From a virus: a stretch of DNA of 33,356 nt. The translations under genes were made by a program, and so were the position numbers. Location: IMG/VR virus record IMGVR_UViG_3300013936_000008, positions 1-33,356 of that record; one strand, written 5' to 3'. Shown here piece after piece: positions 9,105 to 16,910 of this stretch. Position 1 is the first letter of the stretch, and every line of letters starts with the position of its first letter. The notes under the pieces were generated by a model. It worked only from the letters and a program-made list of their open reading frames with translations, did no database searches and was not told the DNA's origin.

Positions 9105-10346
9105 TCAGCCGCCGCTCGCGGTCTTGGGCAGCGTCGCGATGACAAAGCCCTTGTGGCGGATGATATTTCCGCCGACCATCGCGTCGCCGAGGATGGTCAG
9201 CATGCGCTCCTCGCCCTTGATACTCTCATCGACACGGATGGAGTAGTCGCCGAAGAGACCCAGCTCGTAGTTGAGCGGATCGCCGTAGAGCATGGTCTGT
9301 ATATCGGCGGAGCTGGACGCGGTCGCACCGGAGAGGGAGGTCAGCGACGATACTATGCAGTACGGCACGCTGTTGCCGCCGTCCTCGATGCGCCCGGTGT
9401 TGGGGTTGCCCGCGTCGGGGATGACCTTAAAGACGCGCTCCTTGTTAGCGTTGCGTATCTTGCCGATGGCCTTGAGGTCGGTCTTGGTCAGGTACAGCCT
9501 CGCGCCCGCGCCGATCTCGCTGTCGCTGCCGTAGGCAAAGTACAGCGTGTCGAGCAGGTTTTCGTCGATGGCGCTGATGTTCTCCGTCGCGTATATGGCA
9601 GCTCCCGCCGCGTTCTTCGCGGTCTTGATGCCGTACATGTCGGGCGTCGCCTGCCCGTCGCCGTTGACGATCAGCTCCGCCAGCTTGCGGTACATGGCGC
9701 GCATCGCCATCCCGTATATCTTGCCGTAGTAGTCCGCGGGGCTGAGGCGGTTGATGTTGCGGTCAACGTAGCTCGTCACGTTCATCTCGTAGGGGTTGAT
9801 TCTGGCAACCCCAAACGTCGGGTCGGCGGAGGCGGTGCGCGCCTTGCCCGCGTTGGTCGTGACCTTGCCGGTCTTGGCGTCGGTCTCGCTGATCACGTAG
9901 GGCTCGCTGAAGCTGCCCATGCCGGTCATGCTCTGCACAAAGACCTGGTTGACGATGGAGCTGGGGTTGGTGCCGATGAGGTCTCGGATGTCCGTGCCAG
10001 CGCCGGATGGCTCCACGATCGTGCCGGTGGCGAGAGTCGTCGCGTTACGTATGCCGCGCAGCACGTCCAGCGTGGAAAACTGCACCACGCCGTGGTTGCG
10101 CAGGATGTTGCCGCGTTCCTCGGCGATGTCGCGCGCCTCCGCGCCGGTCGGCGCGTTCTCGATGACGCGGCGCTCCTGCTCGCGCACGAGGTTGTTCACG
10201 CGGTCGATCTCCGCGTTGAGGTTGTCCACCTCCTGCATTGCGGAGGCGTAGTCTGCCTGGTTGCTTGCCTCGTATGCGGCAGTCGCGCGGTCAAGCGCGG
10301 CGGTTCTCGTCGCCGCGAGGTCAATGAGCATCTGTTTGAGATTCAT
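9105..10346 (-). CDS. Major capsid protein, HK97 family
   Basis: ATG at 10346 lies 9 nt after AAGGAG. There is a coiled-coil delta domain (MNLKQMLIDLAATRTAALDRATAAYE...) followed by an HK97-like body, and the gene follows a ClpP-type protease. Confidence 0.9.
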   Translation of the reverse strand: MNLKQMLIDLAATRTAALDRATAAYEASNQADYASAMQEVDNLNAEIDRVNNLVREQERRVIENAPTGAEARDIAEERGNILRNHGVVQFSTLDVLRGIRNATTLATGTIVEPSGAGTDIRDLIGTNPSSIVNQVFVQSMTGMGSFSEPYVISETDAKTGKVTTNAGKARTASADPTFGVARINPYEMNVTSYVDRNINRLSPADYYGKIYGMAMRAMYRKLAELIVNGDGQATPDMYGIKTAKNAAGAAIYATENISAIDENLLDTLYFAYGSDSEIGAGARLYLTKTDLKAIGKIRNANKERVFKVIPDAGNPNTGRIEDGGNSVPYCIVSSLTSLSGATASSSADIQTMLYGDPLNYELGLFGDYSIRVDESIKGEERMLTILGDAMVGGNIIRHKGFVIATLPKTASGG

Positions 10347-10359
10347 TTTTTCACGCTCC

Positions 10360-11115
10360 TTAATATCTGTTCTTTTCAATTTCAAGGCGGGCTTCGTCCC
10401 GCCATGTCATGGCCGGGGCAGGGTCAAGGACGGGGTGCCCGTCCGCCGGGGTCGCGCCGCGGGCGACAAGCTCGGCGTACTTGGCGCGCAGCTCCGCCGC
10501 ACTGGGCAGGGCCGCGCCGTTGACAAGTCCTCGAATGCTGCTGCCCACGGCGTTGACGATGTCGCCGGGCAGTGCGGCTGACGCATCGTCCTGGTAGAGT
10601 ATCTCGTCGGCCAACCCCATCTCCACGGCGTCCTGCGCCGGGATCCATGTCTCGGCGCGCATCAGCTGTGCCAGCCTCTCGCGCGTCGCCTTGCCGCGGC
10701 ACTTGCTCTCGTAACCGTTGAGGATAGATTCGGTGATGCTGTCCAGCAGCTTGATGCTCTCGCGGTGGTCGTCGCGGTTGCCGGAGGTCGAAATCGCTGG
10801 CAGGTGCAGCATGATCTGCGCCACCGGCGACATCTGCACCGTGCCGCAGCCGGATATTATCGTGCTTGCCGCGCTCGCCGCGAGCGACTGCACCACCGCC
10901 ACCGTGCGGCAGCTCGCCCCGCGCAGCAGGCTGAATATCTCAAAGCCCGCGAACACGCTGCCGCCGCCGCTGTTGACCTCCACGACAAGCTCATCGTCGG
11001 TGTTGCCCCGGAGGGCATTGCGCACGGCAAGGGGAGAAAATGCCGTGATGCCGAAGTAGTCGTACAGCCACAGATCATCGTCCGCGACTACTGTCCCGTT
11101 GAGTGTCAGTCTGAT
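10360..11115 (-). CDS. ClpP-like prohead (head maturation) protease; start codon non-canonical or uncertain
   Basis: ...LTLNGTVVADDDLWLYDYFGITAFSPLAVRNALRGNTDDELVVEVNSGGGSVFAGFEIFSLLRG... is the conserved ClpP/S14 phage-protease N-terminus. The conserved part lies upstream of the first canonical start (GTG 11025). ATC at 11115 sits 8 nt after AAGGAGG. Confidence 0.8.
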   Translation of the reverse strand: MRLTLNGTVVADDDLWLYDYFGITAFSPLAVRNALRGNTDDELVVEVNSGGGSVFAGFEIFSLLRGASCRTVAVVQSLAASAASTIISGCGTVQMSPVAQIMLHLPAISTSGNRDDHRESIKLLDSITESILNGYESKCRGKATRERLAQLMRAETWIPAQDAVEMGLADEILYQDDASAALPGDIVNAVGSSIRGLVNGAALPSAAELRAKYAELVARGATPADGHPVLDPAPAMTWRDEARLEIEKNRY

Positions 11116-12394
11116 TCGTATCGCCTCCTTGATTTCGATTCTCGCTCAGCCGCTCCCACGCGGCGAGCGGCACATAGTTGAGAGATGCGTAGCGGTCGTC
11201 GCCGCCCTCTACGTCGGACAGGTCCTCCAGCGCGCGGATGTCGTTGACGCTGTACGCGCCGATCTCGCGCATCACGCGGTACCATGTGCCGCGACTGGCG
11301 TAGTCGCCGCGCAGCTCCGCCATCATGTTCATCCGCACGCGGTAGCGCCGCGTTTCGCCCGGCGGCAGGAGCTTATAGACAAGCTCCTCCTCGTAGGCTG
11401 TCACCTTGGGGTGCAGCGTCCCAACGACGTACTCGATGGCGTTTTGCTCGTTGCTGCTGTAACTCTGCTTCCCGGCTTGGAGCTTATAGAGCGGTACGCC
11501 GAAAAATCGGGCGATGTCCTGCACGCTCAGCTCGGTCTGCTCCACAAACTGCGCGTCGCGGTTGCTCACGGCGATGGGCTTGTACTCAAGCCCGAAGTCG
11601 AGTATTGCGATCCGCGCGGCGTTTGAGGGGCCTGCGTGACGCTTCTCCCAGTCCCGGCGCAGCAGCTCCTTTTTGGAGATCTTGACCTCCTCGCCGTTGA
11701 TGGTCGTCGTCACCGTGCCGCTCAGATCGGTCGCGGTTTGCAGCACGCCCGCGGGCTGTCCGCCGTTGACGTAGTAGTTTAAGTTATACTGCTGGGCGGC
11801 GCGCGCCGCGCCGATGGTCTCGCTCGCGCGCTGGAGAGTGCTGATGCCCTGCCACCCATTGCGGGAGTAGCCCATGATGTGCACCATGTCCATCCGGTGC
11901 ACGGCCATCGGCTCGCCGGTAAAGGGCTGTATCACGCTGTACCAGACGTGCCCCTCCGTGTCCAGCCATGGGGTCACAAGCTCACCCGGCACGGGGATCA
12001 GCTCCCGCGGACGCAGCGTCGCCGGGTCGCGGCTGATCCAGATGTAGCCGTTGCCGGTGCACTCCACGTTCGCCTCGACCATCTTTTTCATCGCCGTCGG
12101 CGTCTGCGCCTCGTTCGGGCGGACAGTCAAAAGGTCGTTGAGCCAGTGGTCAACGCGCTCCCGCGTCTCCCTGTCCATCACGTACACCGGCAGCTTGCCG
12201 ATGCTGTCCGACAGCACCTCAATGCAGCGGTTGACGGCGGACAGCTTCATCGCGTTCGACGCGGCAGAGGATGTCACCGCGTCCCCCATGGGGTAGCCCG
12301 CCGCGGCGAGCGTCGCAACGGTGGTGTCGTTTCGGATGTGGGGCGGCGCGCCGCCCAGCGTTGCGCGGATGCCGCGCACAAGTGGATTGCTCAT
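11075..12394 (-). CDS. Portal protein, HK97 family
   Basis: 439 aa located between terminase and protease; the region ...GYSRNGWQGISTLQRASETIGAARAAQQYNLNYYVNGGQPAGVL... is typical of HK97-family portals. Confidence 0.9.
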   Translation of the reverse strand: MSNPLVRGIRATLGGAPPHIRNDTTVATLAAAGYPMGDAVTSSAASNAMKLSAVNRCIEVLSDSIGKLPVYVMDRETRERVDHWLNDLLTVRPNEAQTPTAMKKMVEANVECTGNGYIWISRDPATLRPRELIPVPGELVTPWLDTEGHVWYSVIQPFTGEPMAVHRMDMVHIMGYSRNGWQGISTLQRASETIGAARAAQQYNLNYYVNGGQPAGVLQTATDLSGTVTTTINGEEVKISKKELLRRDWEKRHAGPSNAARIAILDFGLEYKPIAVSNRDAQFVEQTELSVQDIARFFGVPLYKLQAGKQSYSSNEQNAIEYVVGTLHPKVTAYEEELVYKLLPPGETRRYRVRMNMMAELRGDYASRGTWYRVMREIGAYSVNDIRALEDLSDVEGGDDRYASLNYVPLAAWERLSENRNQGGDTNQTDTQRDSSRGR

Positions 12395-12537
12395 GTGTCG
12401 CCATCACCTCCCTTAATCATCAGCGCCGCCGCGGCTATCAGCAGCACCCCGCCGACGATGAGCGCCGCGGGTATGCTCAGCAGCGCGACCCCGGCGGTCA
12501 TCGCCGCCGCGCCGAGGATCACAAACAGTGTTGCCAT
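12391..12537 (-). CDS. Small hydrophobic membrane protein (48 aa), unannotated in the track
   Basis: ATG at 12537 lies 5 nt after GGGAGGC. Translation is MATLFVILGAAAMTAGVALLSIPAALIVGGVLLIAAAALMIKGGDGDT, and its TGA overlaps the portal ATG. It is below the 60-aa track cutoff. Confidence 0.5.
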   Translation of the reverse strand: MATLFVILGAAAMTAGVALLSIPAALIVGGVLLIAAAALMIKGGDGDT

Positions 12538-12548
12538 ATTTGCCTCCC

Positions 12549-12564
12549 GTGCCCAGATGGGCAC
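12549..12564. repeat. 16-bp palindrome copy 2 (GTGCCCAGATGGGCAC), between terL stop and the SD of the small TM ORF
   Basis: Exact motif, 4 nt after the terL stop and directly abutting GGGAGG on the minus strand. Confidence 0.95.
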
Positions 12565-12567
12565 ATC

Positions 12568-14367
12568 TCATAATGTCCAGTTTTCGTCTATACGATCGGC
12601 GAGCGTCGGGCTGTCGCGTCTGATCAGCGCGAGCCCCAGCGCGTTCATCGCCGCGGCCACGGGGTCAATGCGCTCGGTGTCGTCCTTGTGCCGCTTTGAT
12701 AGCTTAATATCGCCGTAGTTGTCCTTGACCTCATTCGCGTTCGCCAGGCACCACATAACGAGAGGGTTTTCCTCCAGCACGACGCGCCCCTGCAGCAGCA
12801 TTGTCCTGAATTCCTTCGTCGCGAGGTTTTGCCCCGCGCATGTCTGCCGGATCTCGACAGTAAAATCCTCGTTGTTGCGGTCGGTGCACATCTTGATGGC
12901 GAGGTCCGTCGCGTTATGCCCGTCGTAGCCGACGTGCTGAATCTGCCAGCCGTGTTTGCGCTCGTTCTCGCAAAACCAGTTTTCCACATAGCTGTTGTCC
13001 GTCACGTCGCCCGGGGTGAGAATGCAGTGCCCGGTCTTCGTCCATGCCAGATACGGCACGCGGTCGCTCTTCATGTGGCGCGCCGCCTGATTTTCGGGCA
13101 TAAAGCCCGCGGCCTTGATCGCGACGCGGTCATCGTCCAGCAAAAACACCGCCGCCGCGCCCGTGAGGTCAACGCGCTTGCCGAGGTCAAACCCGCCGTA
13201 GCACTCGCGCCCGTCTGTCAGCGCGGCAAACTCCTCGGCGCTGATCTGCGCCGCGCGGGCGAGCCGCATCTGCTCTTCGTCGAGATAGCGGTTGACGCTG
13301 CCGGTCTGCCATTGGCACATACGGCGCGTCAGAAACTGCCGTATCTTGTCCGGGTCCTTCGATCCATACGCCGCGTTGTACTCGCTCTCGATCTCCTTGA
13401 GGAGGTACTTGCTGTAAGCGTTGGGATAGCGCAGGCAGGGATTCGGCATGACCCACAGGCTTTTGTCATGCGGATCGACGCCCTCCGGCAGCTCGCGGAT
13501 CATCACGAAATACGTCTCGTCGACGACCTCCCCGCTCAGTACGCGCCTGGCGTACTCCTCCTCGCGGTAGCACGGCTTGCTCTGCGCGTCGTCGCCCGCG
13601 GTGGTTATCACGTCCAGCAGCGCCTGCGGGCGCTTGCCGAAGGAGTTGAGCCCGATGTCGTAGATGTCGGACGTCGGGTGCGCGTGGTACTCGTCGACGA
13701 CGAAGTACGTCGGCGCACCGGAATCCTTGTTCTTCGTGTCTTTGGACAGGGCGCGCATCCAGCCGCCGCGCGTCTTGTGCGTCACGGGGTTTGCCTTGGG
13801 GATGTTCAGCCGCTTCGCGATGGCGGGCGATGCCTGGGCGATGGCTTTTGCGTCGCCGAAAACTCGCTTGGCCTGCGTGCGGTCGACAGCCGCACACTCC
13901 ACCTCCGGCAGCATTTCAAAGCGTGCCAGCTCCGGATGATACGGCGGGTACATCGCGTCGCCGCACATGTGGTACAGACACTGTCCGGACTTTTCGGTGC
14001 TCTTGAAATTTCCGCGGGCTCGCTTGTTGTACGTGCGGGAGAACCGCCGCGCGCCGTCGTCGGCGTTGACCCAGGCATACACGTTGCTCAGGTCAAACAC
14101 CTGCCACGGCTGAAGCTCTATCGGCTGCCCGCTCTCAACGCCGCGCACCTGACGGCACTGCCCGAACCAGCGGATGATGCGGTCGGCGCGGGTCGTGTCG
14201 AAGATGTACGGAAATCCCGGGGTGTTCTGCCGCTTGAGGTCGCGTAGGAAACGCTCGCACGCCTGTATTTCCGCTGGGCAGCACATGGCACGCAGCTTGC
14301 CCTGCGTCACCTGCTTTGCGTAGACCGCCGCGGGATGGTGCAGCCCGCTCTGTCTCCGCATCGGCAT
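12568..14367 (-). CDS. terL: Terminase large subunit
   Basis: 599 aa with a Walker-B-like YFVVDEYHAH and a nuclease C-domain; start overlaps the terS stop (TGATG). Confidence 0.92.
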   Translation of the reverse strand: MPMRRQSGLHHPAAVYAKQVTQGKLRAMCCPAEIQACERFLRDLKRQNTPGFPYIFDTTRADRIIRWFGQCRQVRGVESGQPIELQPWQVFDLSNVYAWVNADDGARRFSRTYNKRARGNFKSTEKSGQCLYHMCGDAMYPPYHPELARFEMLPEVECAAVDRTQAKRVFGDAKAIAQASPAIAKRLNIPKANPVTHKTRGGWMRALSKDTKNKDSGAPTYFVVDEYHAHPTSDIYDIGLNSFGKRPQALLDVITTAGDDAQSKPCYREEEYARRVLSGEVVDETYFVMIRELPEGVDPHDKSLWVMPNPCLRYPNAYSKYLLKEIESEYNAAYGSKDPDKIRQFLTRRMCQWQTGSVNRYLDEEQMRLARAAQISAEEFAALTDGRECYGGFDLGKRVDLTGAAAVFLLDDDRVAIKAAGFMPENQAARHMKSDRVPYLAWTKTGHCILTPGDVTDNSYVENWFCENERKHGWQIQHVGYDGHNATDLAIKMCTDRNNEDFTVEIRQTCAGQNLATKEFRTMLLQGRVVLEENPLVMWCLANANEVKDNYGDIKLSKRHKDDTERIDPVAAAMNALGLALIRRDSPTLADRIDENWTL

Positions 14368-14876
14368 CAGCCGAAGAGATCCGCGTCGGGATCGTCCGCC
14401 GCCTCGGCGGCCTTCTTTTTGGCAAGCCCCGCGCGGCTCGCGGGCGTCAGCCCGAGCCGGTCAGCGTACTGGAGTATCAGCCGCTCCTGACTGCGCAGCT
14501 GGCTGTCAAGATCCTGCATCTGCGCCGTCAGGTCGAGCAGCTCCGCCACGTCGAGCCCCTTGGTCCTCGTGAGGCTCGCGAGCTTTTTGTACATTTTGCA
14601 GGTGCGGTCACGTCGAGAGAGCATAGAGCAGTACAGCCCCAGCACCTCGCTGTCGAGATCGTCCAGCAGCTCCACGTTTGCCGCGGCGAGTCGGTCAAGC
14701 ACCTGCGTCCAGTAACGCAGCGCGGCGCGGTCGCCCTTGGCCACGTAGGCGGGCGGCACGATGTTCAGCGTCTCGCGCTGGGGGATGGTCGCGGCTTCCG
14801 CCTCGATGCGGGCCTGCTCCTCGGCGAGCGTCATGTTTTTGGTCATATTCTCGATTCGCTTGGCTTTCGGCGGCAC
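14367..14876 (-). CDS. terS: Terminase small subunit (P27-like)
   Basis: GTG at 14876 lies 8 nt after GGAGG (the track start at 14885 abuts the SD). The regions ...LDDLDSEVLGLYCSMLSRR... and ...RLGLTPASRAGL are typical of P27-family small terminases. The gene sits upstream of terL. Confidence 0.75.
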   Translation of the reverse strand: MPPKAKRIENMTKNMTLAEEQARIEAEAATIPQRETLNIVPPAYVAKGDRAALRYWTQVLDRLAAANVELLDDLDSEVLGLYCSMLSRRDRTCKMYKKLASLTRTKGLDVAELLDLTAQMQDLDSQLRSQERLILQYADRLGLTPASRAGLAKKKAAEAADDPDADLFG

Positions 14877-14922
14877 ATGGCTCACCTCCTCAAATTTTGA
14901 TCAGGGACTTTTTTGCACACGA

Positions 14923-14953
14923 GAGGGGGGCGGCGGTAAATGGCGCCCCCCTC
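14923..14953. other. GC-rich hairpin (10-bp stem GAGGGGGGCG/CGCCCCCCTC) in the HNH-terS intergenic region; candidate cos-region structure
   Basis: Perfect inverted repeat 14923-14932 / 14944-14953; G-tract GGGGTGGGGGGTGG at 14966-14979 follows. Confidence 0.4.
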
Positions 14954-15062
14954 CAAAACTTTTTCGGGGTGGGGGGTGGTCTTGAATCGCGCGGGCGACG
15001 CGCTCGCACTCGCGCGGCCGCGACGCTTGGGCGCGGACGTAGCCTCAGCAGCGGAAACGGCG

Positions 15063-15437
15063 TCAAAAACGTCGCTTATCGCGCTGCTCCTGCGCAGTTT
15101 TGATGTCGTGGTGGCGCTTGCAGAGGCTTTGCAGATCGTCCGGGTCGGTGAACACATCCCAGTCACCTCGATGCGGAATGATGTGGTCGACGACCGTCGC
15201 CGGTGTGCGATGGCGCGGATCACTCGGCGGATATTGCCGCGCGCACTCCCGGCAGAACGGCTCCCGCAGGAGCTGTGCCGGGCGCAGCCTCTCCGTCCAG
15301 ATGGGCAGCATGTACCAGCCGTGATACCCCGCGCTCGCCTTGCGCTGTTCGCGCGGCTTGTGCCTGGGGCACCAGCCCTCGCGCGTTAGTACGCCGCACC
15401 CTGCATGGTTGCATGGTCTCAATGGTTTGCTCGCCAT
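15063..15437 (-). CDS. HNH endonuclease (terminase-associated)
   Basis: 124 aa with Cys pairs (CNHAGCG...CPRH, CRECARQ) and VVDHIIPH...LQSLCKRHHDIKT HNH motifs; located just upstream of terS/terL. Confidence 0.9.
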   Translation of the reverse strand: MASKPLRPCNHAGCGVLTREGWCPRHKPREQRKASAGYHGWYMLPIWTERLRPAQLLREPFCRECARQYPPSDPRHRTPATVVDHIIPHRGDWDVFTDPDDLQSLCKRHHDIKTAQEQRDKRRF

Positions 15438-15470
15438 GGGCTATCACCTCCATCGTCCGAGCAAATCAAA

Positions 15471-15526
15471 AGAGCCGGAGCCAACAACACAGCGCACGCA
15501 TTGCGCTTGTCATTGGCTCCGGCTCT
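15471..15526 (-). terminator. Intrinsic terminator preceding the packaging/late genes
   Basis: 14-bp outer stem (15471-15484 / 15513-15526) plus an inner 6-bp stem. On the minus strand it is followed by UUUGAUUUG. It overlaps the 3' end of the zinc-ribbon ORF. Confidence 0.65.
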
Positions 15527-15686
15527 CAAAGCACTGACCCTCTCGGATGTCTATCCGATGTTCGGTTTTGCAGTCCGGGCAGTAGACCAAAAGGTTGACT
15601 GCCGCGGCGTCCGGCGGGATCTTCATCAAATGCCGATTCCGCCGGCAGGTCGGGCACACAAGAAACCCGTTCCTTACAGTTAGCAT
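15510..15686 (-). CDS. Cysteine-rich zinc-ribbon protein (Cys-rich KTR-like)
   Basis: MLTVRNGFLVCPTCRRNRHLMKIPPDAAAVNLLVYCPDCKTEHRIDI... has two CPxC pairs with the spacing of the Clostridial Cys_rich_KTR family. An alternative TTG start at 15713 lies 9 nt after AGGAGG. Confidence 0.6.
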   Translation of the reverse strand: MLTVRNGFLVCPTCRRNRHLMKIPPDAAAVNLLVYCPDCKTEHRIDIREGQCFESRSQ

Positions 15687-15713
15687 TATACACGATTTGT
15701 TGAGTGTTTGCAA
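15685..15713 (-). promoter_or_regulatory. Candidate sigma-A promoter TTGCAA-17nt-TATAAT (minus strand)
   Basis: -35 at 15713-15708, 17-nt spacer, and -10 at 15690-15685 overlapping the zinc-ribbon ATG. It lies about 160-200 nt upstream of terminator 15471-15526. Confidence 0.45.
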
Positions 15714-15790
15714 TATGTTTAGCCTCCTCTTGTCTAAAAATAATACAGGTTTCAAGCCAGAAAAATTAAAATAAAAAGTACATTCTCCTC

Positions 15791-15806
15791 GTGCCCAGAT
15801 GGGCAC
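15791..15806. repeat. 16-bp palindrome copy 3 (GTGCCCAGATGGGCAC), 9 nt downstream of the Rep-like stop
   Basis: Exact motif, directly followed on the minus strand by GAGGAG. Confidence 0.95.
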
Positions 15807-15814
15807 AGCCTCGC

Positions 15815-16540
15815 CTACCTGCGCCGCCTCGGTGAGCGTCTGCGGCGGCGGAGCGCGTTGTCATATGCGAACTCTATATACTGATACTCGCCCTTCGCGC
15901 GCACGTCCTTAAATACCGTCGTGTTCTTCGGCACGCGCAGCGTCGTATCATCCGGTACCCAGAAGCTCTCGGTCTCCGGCTTTTTAACATTGCGTGTGTA
16001 GCTCCATGATCTCTGTCCGACCTTCTCGCGCGCCTCCTTGCACATGTAGCGCGCCAGCGTCTCATAGTTGCGCTTGGCGTCCACGCGCAGCGCGGCGAAC
16101 TCCGTCTCTCCCTGCCCCCACAGCCGGTGCAGCTCGGCGTAGTCCTCTCCGCCCGTGGCGTTGGCCACGATGTGGATGTGCCAGCGCCCGTCACCGTGCC
16201 GGTGCTCGATCGACCAGAACATCACCAGCTCCTGCCCACGTTCCCGGCGCGCCGCCTCCGCCTTCCGGCGGAACCATCCAAGCTTGTTTGTCACCTGCTT
16301 GCGCGTCTCGGGCAGGTGGTCGTCGTCAAATGTCAGACAGCCGACGATGTCGCCCTTGATAAAATTCGCGGCGAGCAGCCACTTAAGCTTTTGCCATGAC
16401 AGCTTATCGTTGACGATCCTCTGCATCTCGTTCGTGGGATTTGACTTCCGCCCGCGTCCGCGCCCGGTCGGTGCGGTGCGCGGCTTGTACAGTGCCTCGG
16501 CGACCAGCGGGCCCGCCGACTTGATCAGTTTTTTTTGCAT
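15815..16540 (-). CDS. HUH-superfamily Rep-like (rolling-circle initiator-like) protein
   Basis: ATG at 16540 lies after GGAGGAAAT. Motif I is GCLTF, motif II (HUH) is RWHIHIVAN, and motif III is NYETLARYMCKE (Y..K), all in canonical order and spacing. The tail is Arg-rich. Confidence 0.7.
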   Translation of the reverse strand: MQKKLIKSAGPLVAEALYKPRTAPTGRGRGRKSNPTNEMQRIVNDKLSWQKLKWLLAANFIKGDIVGCLTFDDDHLPETRKQVTNKLGWFRRKAEAARRERGQELVMFWSIEHRHGDGRWHIHIVANATGGEDYAELHRLWGQGETEFAALRVDAKRNYETLARYMCKEAREKVGQRSWSYTRNVKKPETESFWVPDDTTLRVPKNTTVFKDVRAKGEYQYIEFAYDNALRRRRRSPRRRR

Positions 16541-16583
16541 ATTTCCTCCGTGATAGTCGCCCTCGACCCTCACGGCGCTCGGC

Positions 16584-16910
16584 TCATCCTCCTTTCAATT
16601 CCGGGTGCCGCTCGTCGAACGACACGAATTTACTGCCTACGTACTGTTTTATCTCGCGGTCGAGGCAGGCTTTATAATAAGCCTGCTCCCGGTCGTCGCT
16701 GCCGTCCTCCTCGCGGAGAGCGTCATACTCATTGTAGGCGGCGGAGAATGCCGCCTCAAACTCGGTCAGCCGCTTTTCGCCCCAGCCGAGGCGACCGAGG
16801 GCGATAGTCGCGATGTCGGTGCAGAATCCGATCTCCAGCAGCCGCGCCGCGTGGGCATATTGCAGCGCCTGCTTCTCTATGCGCGCCATCAGCGCATTGC
16901 GCTTAGGCAT
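16584..16910 (-). CDS. Hypothetical protein
   Basis: 108 aa; ATG at 16910 lies 8 nt after GGAGG and overlaps the parB stop; no motif recognised. Confidence 0.5.
   Translation of the reverse strand: MPKRNALMARIEKQALQYAHAARLLEIGFCTDIATIALGRLGWGEKRLTEFEAAFSAAYNEYDALREEDGSDDREQAYYKACLDREIKQYVGSKFVSFDERHPELKGG

Noticed and set aside
15687-15806. N-terminal extension of the zinc-ribbon ORF back to the ATG inside palindrome copy 3 (track ORF 15510..15806, 98 aa).
   Set aside because: The extension runs through an AT-rich, promoter-like non-coding-looking stretch (MPIWARGECTFYFNFSGLKPVLFLDKRRLNILQ...). It has no SD, and family members have only a few residues before the first CPxC.
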